Shown here one piece after another: positions 8,791-18,191 of a DNA stretch of 32,000 nucleotides. Both the position numbers and the translations under genes were made by a program. Positions within the stretch are counted from its first letter, which is position 1, and each line of letters opens with the position of its first letter. The stretch comes from Pseudodesulfovibrio piezophilus C1TLV30. GTDB lineage: Bacteria > Desulfobacterota > Desulfovibrionia > Desulfovibrionales > Desulfovibrionaceae. The notes below the pieces were generated by a model. The model was not told where the DNA came from, ran no database searches, and saw only the letters and a program-made list of their open reading frames with translations. Where the stretch lies: contig NC_020409.1 of NCBI RefSeq assembly GCF_000341895.1, forward strand, positions 1,470,001-1,502,000. The letters are read 5' to 3'.

Positions 8791-9543
8791 TTAATTCAAT
8801 GCCACAAGTTCCACATTGCCCCAGGCAGCTATTTTTTTGTTATATTGGGCAAAGACCCCTTCCACGCCGAACTCAGCCAATATCTGAGCCCTCTCAAGGA
8901 CTGAAGCAATATCAGCCTCACTGCGAAGCATATTGCAAAGCGCCGTGGCAGCGGCATCTGCAAGCCGCGCATCCTGTGCCCGAACAGCCACGAGATCACC
9001 AGCACCAAGACTAAGAGAATGTCCGATCGTGGCACTGGAAGCACACACCGCAACAGGGAATGCTTCAGCCTCGATACCAAGACCGACCACCGCCCCGGAA
9101 TCTGGCTCGGCAAGCAGGGCAACGACACGCTCGCGGGTGGAATGAAGATAAGTATCTCCACCATTTTCGACCAAAATATTAGGGGTCCGAGGGGAAAAGA
9201 AATCCCCCACAGCCTGAGCAACAGCTCCGGCGACGGCAGCCATTGGCCCAACGTCGCACAAAGCCGCAGCCTGGGCCATGGCCCGAATGATCTCAGGAGC
9301 ACCATCATCGACAATCACAGGCGAAAGACTTTCCGCAAACTCGGGGTGAAACAGAATCCAATTCTTGATCTCACCGCGAACCTGAAAGACGAAAGAAGCG
9401 ATTTCATGACGTAAATCTTCCTGCGCCACAATGAGCAGATCCGTCTGCTCCACTGCGACCTGAAATCGAACCTCCCCATCATGCGGACGCACACTCTCTC
9501 GATATGTTCGCCTTGTGGAAAGATATTTTTCCTTCAATGACAA
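8791..9543 (-). CDS. UPF0280 family protein (ApbE-like superfamily)
   Basis: 250 aa. The N-terminus RRTYRESV...FQVAVEQTDLLI resembles UPF0280 proteins as I recall them. No search was run. Confidence 0.5.
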   Translation of the reverse strand: MSLKEKYLSTRRTYRESVRPHDGEVRFQVAVEQTDLLIVAQEDLRHEIASFVFQVRGEIKNWILFHPEFAESLSPVIVDDGAPEIIRAMAQAAALCDVGPMAAVAGAVAQAVGDFFSPRTPNILVENGGDTYLHSTRERVVALLAEPDSGAVVGLGIEAEAFPVAVCASSATIGHSLSLGAGDLVAVRAQDARLADAAATALCNMLRSEADIASVLERAQILAEFGVEGVFAQYNKKIAAWGNVELVALN

Positions 9544-9611
9544 TGACTCCTGAGAGTTATGATTAAGAAGTAACAGCTTAAGAACATGTTTAGGAACACG
9601 TTTTCCACAGG

Positions 9612-10265
9612 TTACAGACCAAGGTCTTCATTGATCAAAACAACTTTAATGCGCCCTTTGGGAAAAGATTTTTCCGTCACGGTCCACACATTACAAATGC
9701 GCTGGGGAGAGTTGCAGTCCATACAGTATCCTGTCTTTACACACGGAGTCTTCATATCCAACCGCATGGCATTGGTAGGGGCTGCAAATTCTTTGATCCG
9801 GTCCATGGCCCTGGAGAGATCAGGCACGACCTTGTTTCTCGAAATAAAGACGACCACATTTCTGGGACCAAAAACGAGCGCCCCTGTCCGATTGCCTATC
9901 ATGTCAAGATTGACGAGATGGCCTTCCTCGGTAACTGCATTGGTCCCTGAAAAATAACAGTCTACAAGAAGAGCCTGCCGACGCAACTCATATCTTTCGT
10001 CATTTGACAGACTGTCATCCCACGCATCCAGGGATTCAAATTCTTCTGAATCGCGCAGGATTTCGTAAAGCCCTGTCGCCACGAATGTTTCAGACCCACC
10101 CCAGGAAACGGTTCTGGCCTTGCTTGCAGGCAATATTTCTTCCAGAACCACTGTCTTTGCGTCTTCCGCAGACTCGACAAGATAGGTATCAAATCCATTT
10201 TTTTCGAGTTTGATCTTCAGATCACGAAGATGAATATCCCAGAAAGTTTCGATTGGCTTGTCCAT
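9612..10265 (-). CDS. LUD (lactate-utilization YkgG-like) domain protein
   Basis: 217 aa. SWGGSETF...GTNAVTEEGHLVNLD.IGNR plus the C-terminal CxxxxxCxxC-like segment CVKTGYCMDCNSPQRIC is typical of stand-alone LUD-domain proteins. Confidence 0.6.
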   Translation of the reverse strand: MDKPIETFWDIHLRDLKIKLEKNGFDTYLVESAEDAKTVVLEEILPASKARTVSWGGSETFVATGLYEILRDSEEFESLDAWDDSLSNDERYELRRQALLVDCYFSGTNAVTEEGHLVNLDMIGNRTGALVFGPRNVVVFISRNKVVPDLSRAMDRIKEFAAPTNAMRLDMKTPCVKTGYCMDCNSPQRICNVWTVTEKSFPKGRIKVVLINEDLGL

Positions 10266-10432
10266 GGTATCTCCATTCGCTTTTATAATGATTATGGCCT
10301 TGGTTCGAAAAACATTTCACCGGAATCGCGATAAAAATCCTCGCCATTCATCGCAAAAACTTGTAGCAGAATTCCCTGCCGCGAGAAAGGGCTCCGAGAA
10401 GCACTTCCCACGGGATTGTCACCAATTAGAAC

Positions 10433-10461
10433 TTGACGAGCGACATCGACCCGGTTATATG
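10433..10461 (+). promoter_or_regulatory. Candidate sigma-70 promoter for rpmH
   Basis: TTGACG (10433-10438), a 17-nt spacer, then TATATG (10456-10461), about 55 nt upstream of the rpmH ATG. Confidence 0.45.
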
Positions 10462-10514
10462 CTTCCGTTCTACGGAGCTTTTACAGCGAAATTTTACTCT
10501 CAGGAGATAGTGAT

Positions 10515-10649
10515 ATGAAACGTACTTACCAGCCCAGCAAATGCCGTCGCAAAAGAACCCACGGTTTCCTGGTGCGCTCTCGCACCAAAAACGGACGGGC
10601 AGTGCTTCGCCGCCGTCGCGCAAAAGGTCGCAAGAGATTAGCCGTCTAG
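10515..10649 (+). CDS. rpmH: 50S ribosomal protein L34
   Basis: Hand-translated 44-aa ORF, below the ORF-track cutoff: [46 protein letters not shown] is AGGAG at 10502-10506. Confidence 0.95.
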   Translation: MKRTYQPSKCRRKRTHGFLVRSRTKNGRAVLRRRRAKGRKRLAV

Positions 10650-11008
10650 CTTGGAACAAGGAGCGCCGACTGCTCAAAAGTCCCGCTTTCACGGAATGTT
10701 ACGAACGGGGCAGGAAATATTTCACCCGAAATTTCATCCTGTTCATTCATCGACGCAATGAAGACCAAGGCGGACTACGCCTTGGTCTCACCGTGAGCAA
10801 GAAGATGGGAAATGCAGTGGCGCGCAACCGGATAAAAAGGGTAGTGCGCGAGTACTTCCGGCTGCATCAATTTGACTTTGAACTGCCTCTGGACATTGTC
10901 GTTGTTCCCAAACGGAACCTTGAGGCCAGGCAGCTGACACTCGCCCTCACCAAAGAAGAGTTCACCCCGCTTTTTACCCGCATCTGTGCGGAAGCGGCGG
11001 CCTCTTAG
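10541..11008 (+). CDS. rnpA: Ribonuclease P protein component
   Basis: The conserved part begins around [15 protein letters not shown]...[22 protein letters not shown]. The only canonical in-frame start upstream of it is the ATG at 10541, inside rpmH in another frame. The true start is uncertain. Confidence 0.8.
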   Translation: MPSQKNPRFPGALSHQKRTGSASPPSRKRSQEISRLAWNKERRLLKSPAFTECYERGRKYFTRNFILFIHRRNEDQGGLRLGLTVSKKMGNAVARNRIKRVVREYFRLHQFDFELPLDIVVVPKRNLEARQLTLALTKEEFTPLFTRICAEAAAS

Positions 11009-11015
11009 AGAGGAA

Positions 11016-11297
11016 ATGATGCGCAGACCAGTATTAGCGCTCATTTGGTTTTACCAAAAACTCATCTCTCCCTTGCTGCCCAGAGCATGCAGGTTCGTTC
11101 CGTCGTGCTCGGAGTACGCGAAGGAAGCTGTTATCCTCCATGGAGCCTTCAAGGGAACCCTTCTCGCGTCTTGGCGTCTCCTTCGTTGCCAGCCTTTTTG
11201 TAACGGGGGCTACGACCCCGTACCGGCCGTTTGGCCAGATCCCCAATTAAAAGCGAGAATCATTTCATGGACAAGCAGGAGAAAATCCGCCTTGTAG
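11016..11297 (+). CDS. yidD: Membrane protein insertion efficiency factor YidD
   Basis: LIWFYQKLISPLLPRACRFVPSCSEYAKEAV..HG is the YidD signature. Start set at the ATG-ATG after GAGAGG. The 3' end overlaps yidC. Confidence 0.85.
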   Translation: MMRRPVLALIWFYQKLISPLLPRACRFVPSCSEYAKEAVILHGAFKGTLLASWRLLRCQPFCNGGYDPVPAVWPDPQLKARIISWTSRRKSAL

Positions 11298-12934
11298 TTG
11301 CAATGGCATTAAGCGCCATCGTCATCTTCGGATGGCAGTACTTCATGGCTCCATCTGCCCAAGAACAAGCTGAAACGGCCAGAAGAGCCGCCGAAGCCGA
11401 AAAACAGACCGCCGCGCTCACTCAGGAAAGCGTCGCTCCGCAGGCAGCCCAGGCAGCCATTCCAACTCCTGACTTCATCCCCACCGAAGGCGTTTCCGTC
11501 ACGGTGGATACTCCTCTTTATACCGCAATATTCAATTCCCAGGGCGGTATCCTCGAAAAATTTATTCTCAAGCAGTACAAAGATACCATTAAGCCGGATT
11601 CATTCAACGTGGATCTCATCGGTAACAATGCGTATGCCAAAGGACCGCTGGGCTTGTTTCTTTCCCGTGGTGGAGATGATCAGGTTCATACATGGAAATA
11701 CGGCCAGTGGGCCTTTGATGGAAACGATATCGCTTTATCCGAAACTGATGGCACAAAAACCCTGACTTTCACCGGCGATGTCCATGGCTACCGCATTCAG
11801 AGAGTTCTGACATTCCATGCAGACACCTATCTCATCGAAGAAAATACCACTGTCACCAACCTGAATACCACTGGTGTTGATGGCTCTGTCTCCTTCACAG
11901 CAGCGGCCAAATCCATGTCTGCTGACGGCAACCGCTACAATCCGACCAAGATAGCGTACGAGAACAGTGAGACCCGGAAGGAAGAAAGTGATCGTGAGGA
12001 TCTCCAGAAAGAAGGCTTGACCGCAACTGACGGCCTAAAATGGGGTGTTATCGAATCTAACTATTTCATGTTTGCCATTGTCCCGGAAAACAACGACACT
12101 TCCCTGTCCGCAGGATACCAGGACGATGTTTTCCGCATGGCGGTCAATCAGAAGGCAACTTTTGTCCCCAATGTTGCCAAATCATTCAAGGCTTCTTACT
12201 TTCTCGGGCCCACAAACCGTCAGATGCTCGCCAAGATGCCTCATCAACTCGGCGATGCCATCAATTTCGGCTGGTTCGATTTTCTTGCCAAGCCCATGCT
12301 CATAGGTCTGAACTTCTTCTATGACTATGTCGGCAACTATGGCGTCGCCATTATCCTTCTCACCCTCGTCATCAAACTCATCTTCTGGCCACTTTCCCAG
12401 AAAAGCTACGGTTCCATGGAGCAGATGAAAAAACTGCAACCCATGGTCGCCAAACTGCGCGAGAAATATGGTGATGACAAACAACGTCTCAACCAGGAGA
12501 CCATGGCCCTGTATAAGACCTACAAGGTCAACCCCATGGGAGGCTGTCTGCCCATGGTCGTACAGATCCCGGTCTTCTTCGGCCTCTACAAGGCTCTGCT
12601 CGGAGCAGTTGAACTCAGGCATGCGCCTTTTATAGCTCACCTGCCGTTTACCGACCTGCCCTGGCTTGCCGACTTGTCTGCAAAGGACCCGTATTACATC
12701 TCGCCAATCATCATGGGCGCTTCCATGTTCCTGCAACAGCGAATGACCCCGAGTGCCGGCGACCCGACCCAGCAGAAAATCATGCTCATCATGCCTCTGG
12801 TTTTCACCTTCATGTTCCTGCAGTTCCCGTCAGGCTTGGTCATCTACTGGTTGCTCAACAACCTCCTGTCCATTGGTCAGCAACTCATGATCGCTCGGGC
12901 AAACAAAACCAAAGCAGCAGCACAAAACGATTAA
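11267..12934 (+). CDS. yidC: Membrane protein insertase YidC
   Basis: Start at MDKQEKIRL followed by a TM segment, a large periplasmic domain, then the conserved C-terminal core (MQKLQP, NPMGGCLPMVVQIPVFFGLY, FPSGLVIYW). Confidence 0.93.
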   Translation: MDKQEKIRLVVAMALSAIVIFGWQYFMAPSAQEQAETARRAAEAEKQTAALTQESVAPQAAQAAIPTPDFIPTEGVSVTVDTPLYTAIFNSQGGILEKFILKQYKDTIKPDSFNVDLIGNNAYAKGPLGLFLSRGGDDQVHTWKYGQWAFDGNDIALSETDGTKTLTFTGDVHGYRIQRVLTFHADTYLIEENTTVTNLNTTGVDGSVSFTAAAKSMSADGNRYNPTKIAYENSETRKEESDREDLQKEGLTATDGLKWGVIESNYFMFAIVPENNDTSLSAGYQDDVFRMAVNQKATFVPNVAKSFKASYFLGPTNRQMLAKMPHQLGDAINFGWFDFLAKPMLIGLNFFYDYVGNYGVAIILLTLVIKLIFWPLSQKSYGSMEQMKKLQPMVAKLREKYGDDKQRLNQETMALYKTYKVNPMGGCLPMVVQIPVFFGLYKALLGAVELRHAPFIAHLPFTDLPWLADLSAKDPYYISPIIMGASMFLQQRMTPSAGDPTQQKIMLIMPLVFTFMFLQFPSGLVIYWLLNNLLSIGQQLMIARANKTKAAAQND

Positions 12935-12979
12935 CGCCTCCGGGGGGCCATTTCACCCCGGCATGAAAAGGAATGTACT

Positions 12980-14110
12980 ATGAGTGACTTCAAAGAATTC
13001 CAGGGAAAAGATCTGGACGAAGCCATCGAAAGTGCCTGCGATTACTTCAATCTCAAGCGTGACCGCCTGGAAATAGAAATCCTCGCAGGCGGCTCGTCAG
13101 GCATCTTCGGCATCATGGGAGTGAAAAAGGCCAAAGTTCAGGCCCGCCCCCGTGCTCAGGTCAACACCACCGACATCCTCAATGGGGAAGAGCGGACACA
13201 ACCAAAGGCAAGCCCAAAGCCGCAAGCTGCGCCAAAAGCGAAGCAGGCACCCAAAGCTCAGCCTCAACCCAAAAAACAGAAAGTTGACCCAGGTAATGCT
13301 CTGGCCCCGGAAGTTGATCTTGACGAACTTGATAACAAGATCAACGGCAATGTGATGGAACCGGAAGTCGACCTGGAAGCCCTCGACAACGCAGTCAATG
13401 GCAATGTTGACCCGCAAAAATCCTCACCAAAGCAATCACGCAAGCCGCGTGAGCGCAAGCCGCGTGAAAAGAAACCACGTGAGCCACGTGCCCGCAACGA
13501 CAGGCAATCTCGTGAGCCTCAAGCTCGGGAAGAACGCCCGCGTCGAGAACGCAAACCTCGTGAGCGTCAACCCCGTGAGGGTGCACAGGTCGAAGAAAGA
13601 CCACGCGCCAACATGGAAGATTTTGATCCGGCAGTCCTGGAAAGTGCCACGACTGAAATCATGTCCGAACTACTCCGTCCCATAGTCGGTGAAACTCCCC
13701 TCAAAGTCACTATCGAGTCGGACCGTGTCAAAGTCTTTATAGATGATGAAGAGAATAGTGGACTTCTTATCGGCCGTGAGGGGCAGACACTGTCTTCCCT
13801 GCAATATTTGGTCAACCGTCTTGTATCCCGCAAAATGGAAGCCTCTGTTCGCATCCAGGTTGATACTGGGGATTACCGTGAACGCCAGGACGATAAACTA
13901 CGCCAGATTGCGCAGCATTTAGCAGAAAAGGCCAGTGATCTTGGCCGCACCCAATCGACCAAGCCTCTCTCCTCCTATCATCGCCGGGTCATTCACTTGG
14001 CGCTCCAGGAGAACGAGGAGGTCTTTACACGCTCCAAGGGCGACGGTCCCATGAAGCGCGTGCTGATTGTCCCTAAAAGCCGCAAGAATGAAAATCGCCC
14101 CAGAAGATAG
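12980..14110 (+). CDS. jag: Jag/KhpB RNA-binding protein (Jag_N, KH, R3H) with a long low-complexity insertion
   Basis: N-terminal Jag_N-like segment (FQGKDLDEAIESACDYFNL). C-terminal KH/R3H region (LIGREGQTLSSLQYLV, SYHRRVIHLAL). About 170 aa of Pro/Lys/Arg/Glu-rich repeats lie between them. Confidence 0.85.
   Translation: MSDFKEFQGKDLDEAIESACDYFNLKRDRLEIEILAGGSSGIFGIMGVKKAKVQARPRAQVNTTDILNGEERTQPKASPKPQAAPKAKQAPKAQPQPKKQKVDPGNALAPEVDLDELDNKINGNVMEPEVDLEALDNAVNGNVDPQKSSPKQSRKPRERKPREKKPREPRARNDRQSREPQAREERPRRERKPRERQPREGAQVEERPRANMEDFDPAVLESATTEIMSELLRPIVGETPLKVTIESDRVKVFIDDEENSGLLIGREGQTLSSLQYLVNRLVSRKMEASVRIQVDTGDYRERQDDKLRQIAQHLAEKASDLGRTQSTKPLSSYHRRVIHLALQENEEVFTRSKGDGPMKRVLIVPKSRKNENRPRR
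13307..13414 (+). repeat. In-frame tandem duplication of 54 nt inside jag
   Basis: 13307-13360 encodes PEVDLDELDNKINGNVME and 13361-13414 encodes PEVDLEALDNAVNGNVDP. Degenerate 15-nt KPRE(R/K/P) repeats follow at about 13439-13580. Confidence 0.8.
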
Positions 14111-14145
14111 ATAAATCTGGCGATAGATCCATTTTGACTAGAAAA

Positions 14146-14183
14146 AATGGCCGGTTGAACATTCAATCGGCCATTTTATTTTT
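14146..14183 (+). terminator. Rho-independent terminator after jag
   Basis: AATGGCCGGTTGAA pairs with TTCAATCGGCCATT (one G-U) and is followed by TTATTTTT. Confidence 0.8.
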
Positions 14184-14286
14184 GACAAGCATCCTGATGC
14201 AATTACGGTATAAATGCACCCTGCTTCGCTCTTTTATTTATCTTTCACCTTTTGCCTTTCCAATAAGCTTACTGTAAAAGACCCAC

Positions 14287-15678
14287 ATGCTTGACCCTAA
14301 ATTTGTAGGCGACACTATTGCCGCCATTGCGACACCGCCCGGAGACGGCGGTGTCGGAATTATCCGTATAAGTGGCAAAGACGCCCGTGCTTTTGCAGCC
14401 ACAGTCTTTCGCCCTGGAAGCCATACCTTTGTGGATTTCATCCCATACCATTTACATTATGGACATATTCTGGATGGACATGGACATGAGATCGACGATG
14501 TCCTGACTGCCTTCATGCCTGGCCCCAACTCATACACCGGTGAAGATGTCGTGGAAATCAACTGCCACGGCGGGCGAGCTATTTTGGCAGCCGTACTTCA
14601 TGAGATACTTCATCAGGGGGCAAGGCTGGCTGAACGCGGAGAATTTACTTACCGAGCCTTCATGAATGGTCGTATGGATCTGACGCAAGCAGAAGCTGTT
14701 GCCGAAATGATCCATGCCCCGACAAAAGCTGCCATGCACCTTGCCCAAGTGAAACTTTCAGGAGTTTTGGGCAAAAAAATACGTGAACTGAGAACTCGCT
14801 TGGAATTTCTCCGTGCACAACTCGTCGTGGCAGTGGATTTCCCTGATGATGAAGTGGAATGTCTTTCTCCTGAAGAACTGCAGCAGACATCTGCGCAGGT
14901 CAGAAATGAAATAACCCTGCTCCTTTCCGCCGTGGACAGAACCAAAGCCTGGCGCGAAGGCGCTCTGGTGGTTCTTGTCGGCCGTGTCAATGCAGGCAAA
15001 TCCAGTATGATGAATGCGTTGCTTGGCCGCAATAGAGCCATCGTGACAGACCAGCCAGGGACCACGCGTGACTATCTGGAAGAAACCATCAATCTCAACG
15101 GACTGAATATTCGACTGACCGACACAGCGGGTCTGAGAAAGACTGATGATGCCATCGAAGCAGCAGGACTCAAAATCGGCCGAGAACTTATGGATAAAGC
15201 CGACCTTGTCCTTTTCATGATCGACGGAACAATCCCTCTCCCCGCAGATGCGCTTGAAACTGCCGAATCTTTGGACCCGGAAAAAACATTGGTCGTTCTC
15301 AACAAAGCGGACCTTCCCCTCTTCAATTCAGGGAATGCAGTGCCACTCTTGGCATCCAACATAGAATCCGTCACAGTTTCGGCAAAGCAGGGAACAGATA
15401 TCGATAGACTCTGTGAGCGTATCCGAGAACGAATCCTTCAGGGAGCCGGGCAGCCTGATCCAGATGAGCTTGCTCCCAACGCCCGGCAGGCCGCTCTCCT
15501 GAGACACGCTCTTGAAGAACTTGAAGGGCTTGAGCAAGACACGGCACTCGGTATCCCTTACGATCTGCTCAGCGTTCGGTTGGAATCCGCATGTGATCTT
15601 CTGTCTGGCATGACAGGAGAGATCACCTCAAATGAAGTACTTAATGCGATCTTTGACTCGTTCTGCATAGGAAAATAG
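14287..15678 (+). CDS. mnmE: tRNA modification GTPase MnmE
   Basis: 463 aa. DTIAAIATPPG N-terminus, G-domain motifs (GRVNAGKSS, DTAGLR, NKADL) and the C-terminal FCIGK tetrapeptide. Confidence 0.95.
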   Translation: MLDPKFVGDTIAAIATPPGDGGVGIIRISGKDARAFAATVFRPGSHTFVDFIPYHLHYGHILDGHGHEIDDVLTAFMPGPNSYTGEDVVEINCHGGRAILAAVLHEILHQGARLAERGEFTYRAFMNGRMDLTQAEAVAEMIHAPTKAAMHLAQVKLSGVLGKKIRELRTRLEFLRAQLVVAVDFPDDEVECLSPEELQQTSAQVRNEITLLLSAVDRTKAWREGALVVLVGRVNAGKSSMMNALLGRNRAIVTDQPGTTRDYLEETINLNGLNIRLTDTAGLRKTDDAIEAAGLKIGRELMDKADLVLFMIDGTIPLPADALETAESLDPEKTLVVLNKADLPLFNSGNAVPLLASNIESVTVSAKQGTDIDRLCERIRERILQGAGQPDPDELAPNARQAALLRHALEELEGLEQDTALGIPYDLLSVRLESACDLLSGMTGEITSNEVLNAIFDSFCIGK

Positions 15679-15680
15679 TT

Positions 15681-15959
15681 GTGAATGAAAAGAAAAATAC
15701 TCCGGAAATTATTGATGTCCAACATGTGACTTGTGGGCTTGTTCCACTCATGCAGACTCACTTGGAAGGCTCGGAACCCCATGTAGACGCACTCGAATTC
15801 AAGATCCGACAGGGCATTGAAACCGAACTATGGAATTCCTTTGGCACAGGCGGACTGTGGCGACTTATCGAGATTCGCAAGGACCTTTTCTTCGATATTG
15901 CCTGTTTCAGACGGGAAGAAGAAAACGAACTGGACCCACTGGGGTTAATGGAATTCTAG
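15681..15959 (+). CDS. Hypothetical protein (92 aa)
   Basis: GTG start 3 nt after the mnmE stop; it ends 1 nt before the GNAT ATG. No family recognised. Coding status rests on the tight operon packing only. Confidence 0.4.
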   Translation: MNEKKNTPEIIDVQHVTCGLVPLMQTHLEGSEPHVDALEFKIRQGIETELWNSFGTGGLWRLIEIRKDLFFDIACFRREEENELDPLGLMEF

Positions 15960-15960
15960 G

Positions 15961-16425
15961 ATGCCTCAATTCTCCATATCGGAAATCGGAATCGAAAGAG
16001 TGGAAGATATCCAGCCTCTCTGGGAAGAGTTGAACCAGCACCATGCCACGATTTCTCCTCACTTCAGCCATCTTTTCGAATCCACAAGCTTTGCCCAACG
16101 CAGAAAGGCTTTACACCATAAGGCGGAGCAAGGGGTCGTTCGTATCTTCCTCGGCTATGTCAATGAACGCCGAGTAGGATATTGTGCAGTCTCGATATGT
16201 GAAAGTCATGGTGAAATCGAGTCCATATTCATACTTGAGGCATACAGAGGCTTACGGCTGGGTGAAGGGCTTATGCAAGCGGCTCTTGCCTGGATGGAAT
16301 CCAACGGCGCTCATTCTAAATCAGTCAATGTCATCTATGGCAATGAAAAAGCACACTCGTTTTATGCCAAATATGGCTTCAAACCGCGCTCCATAACATT
16401 CCTTCAACAGGTCCCATCCCCCTGA
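15961..16425 (+). CDS. GNAT family N-acetyltransferase
   Basis: 154 aa. The acetyl-CoA binding region is FILEAYRGLRLGEGLMQAALAWM...AHSFYAKYGF. Confidence 0.8.
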   Translation: MPQFSISEIGIERVEDIQPLWEELNQHHATISPHFSHLFESTSFAQRRKALHHKAEQGVVRIFLGYVNERRVGYCAVSICESHGEIESIFILEAYRGLRLGEGLMQAALAWMESNGAHSKSVNVIYGNEKAHSFYAKYGFKPRSITFLQQVPSP

Positions 16426-16802
16426 AGAGCTGTTGTAACGACCTCGTACTTCCCCATCCCCTCTTTTATTGATGCAGTAATGAATTTGCTGCTTCACAGG
16501 CTCACTCTATAGATGCCTGCATTCCACCCAAAACAGCACTTTTCATATCCAGTTCAACACAACTTTTACACAATACACGCCTCGGTTCTTCTCATACAAG
16601 TGAATACTATTATCACTCTTGGAGCTTAGAGAACTCCGAGTATCGGGATAAAATATGCTTGTAATAATAATCAGAGAACGTTACGTGGTATTCCTACCTA
16701 CATGGTAGAAAATGCTTGTAGGAAGGTCAACTGCACAGTGCTTTGTGGCTCTATGGCGGTAGGCAGTCATGACAACACATGCAATAGAGAGGGAACAATA
16801 CA

Positions 16803-18170
16803 ATGAGAGTTGGATACAAAGTAGGTGCATTGAGTGGCTTTTTAGCTCTCGTCACCACCGGCTGTTTCATTGGGCTTATCTACTGGAAAACAGGCGCAGT
16901 AATGGACTCAGCGTCCACAAAAAACCTTCAGATTTTTCAATCGCTTCGCACATGGGCATGGGGTATCGGCGTCTTTTCCCTGGCTCTCGCTGCCGTCCTC
17001 GGCATCTGGCTTGGCTCATACGTAACAGGTGCAGTCAAACGAGTTGCCAATGTTCTGAAGGAACTGAACCTTGGCAATCTGGACGTCAACTATATTCCCA
17101 TGGGCAAAGCAGTCAACTGTGGCGAAAAAGTTGGCTGCGGCCAGCAAGACTGCCGCTCATATGGCAAAGACGCCTACTGTTGGGTTGAGGCAGGATCATT
17201 CAATGCCGACCCTCATTGCCCGAAAGCACTTAAAGGACTCGATTGTCGAGCCTGCAAAATATATAAACATGCCGTGCATGATGAATTTGAAGAGTTGGGT
17301 TCCGTACTCAACACCATGGGTGACAAGCTGCGTGAAATTGTCGGAGAAATCCAGAACAGCGCAAGTCACGTAGCAGATGGTAGTGCCGCTCTTTCATCCT
17401 CATCATTGACCCTGAGCCAGGGAGCAACCGAACAGGCTGCCAGCGTTGAAGAAACCATGGCTGCGATGGAACAGATGGCAAGCAACATCACCCAGAATGC
17501 CGAAAACGCCAGGGCCACTTCTCAAACAGCGACAGCAGCCGCGCAAGAAGCTGCGCGCGGAGGCAAATCCGTCACGGAAACAGTGGAAGCAATGAATCAA
17601 ATAGCTGGCAAGATTACCATAATCGAAGAGATTGCTCGGCAAACAAACCTCCTGGCGTTAAACGCGGCTATCGAAGCCGCCCGAGCTGGAGAACACGGCA
17701 AGGGGTTTGCCGTCGTTGCCGCCGAAGTTCGAAAACTGGCTGAAAAGTCCGGGGAAGCCGCTGCCGAAATTGGTGAAGTCTCTGCCGCAAGCCAACATGT
17801 GGCATCCCAGGCCGGACAGATACTGCACCATATGGTTCCCGATATCTCCGCAACAGCCGAACATCTCGAAGAAATTTCCGCATCAAGTGATGAACAGCAG
17901 CACGGCAGCGATATGATTATCCATGCCGTTGCACAGATGGACACAGTGGTCCAACAAAATGCCAGCGCATCGGAAGAGCTTTCTTCCACTGCCGAAGAAC
18001 TGGCGGCGCAGGCCGATCATTTGCGAGGTGTCATCGGCTACTTCAAGGTCAAAGACCAGCCTTCACAACGTCCTTATAACTCCCAGTCTGCGCCCCCAGG
18101 CACTCTGGCTATACCAGCCCCTCCCATGAGTGCCTTTGCCGATAGCATGGACGAATACGAACGATTTTAA
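16803..18170 (+). CDS. Methyl-accepting chemotaxis protein with a Cys-rich insertion in the HAMP region
   Basis: Two N-terminal TM helices with a periplasmic loop of about 25 aa. HAMP-like helices flank a seven-Cys segment. Canonical signalling hairpin ([40 protein letters not shown]). Confidence 0.9.
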   Translation: MRVGYKVGALSGFLALVTTGCFIGLIYWKTGAVMDSASTKNLQIFQSLRTWAWGIGVFSLALAAVLGIWLGSYVTGAVKRVANVLKELNLGNLDVNYIPMGKAVNCGEKVGCGQQDCRSYGKDAYCWVEAGSFNADPHCPKALKGLDCRACKIYKHAVHDEFEELGSVLNTMGDKLREIVGEIQNSASHVADGSAALSSSSLTLSQGATEQAASVEETMAAMEQMASNITQNAENARATSQTATAAAQEAARGGKSVTETVEAMNQIAGKITIIEEIARQTNLLALNAAIEAARAGEHGKGFAVVAAEVRKLAEKSGEAAAEIGEVSAASQHVASQAGQILHHMVPDISATAEHLEEISASSDEQQHGSDMIIHAVAQMDTVVQQNASASEELSSTAEELAAQADHLRGVIGYFKVKDQPSQRPYNSQSAPPGTLAIPAPPMSAFADSMDEYERF

Positions 18171-18191
18171 CCCGCCTTCCTCAGGTCAACG

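Noticed and set aside
10266-10514. Replication origin or DnaA-box cluster next to rpmH, as found in many bacteria.
   Set aside because: No TTATCCACA-like boxes, and no dnaA or dnaN genes, were seen in or near this spacer. The upstream neighbour is a LUD-domain gene.
14182-14214. TTGACA ... TATAAA as the mnmE promoter.
   Set aside because: The spacer is 21 nt, outside the 16-18 nt range of sigma-70 promoters.
16655-16720. ATGCTTGTA repeated 57 nt apart, and a weak TAGA-N14-CGGGATAA FliA-like element, upstream of the MCP gene.
   Set aside because: The 9-nt repeat is short enough to arise by chance in an AT-rich 377-nt spacer. The sigma-28 match is poor in both boxes.
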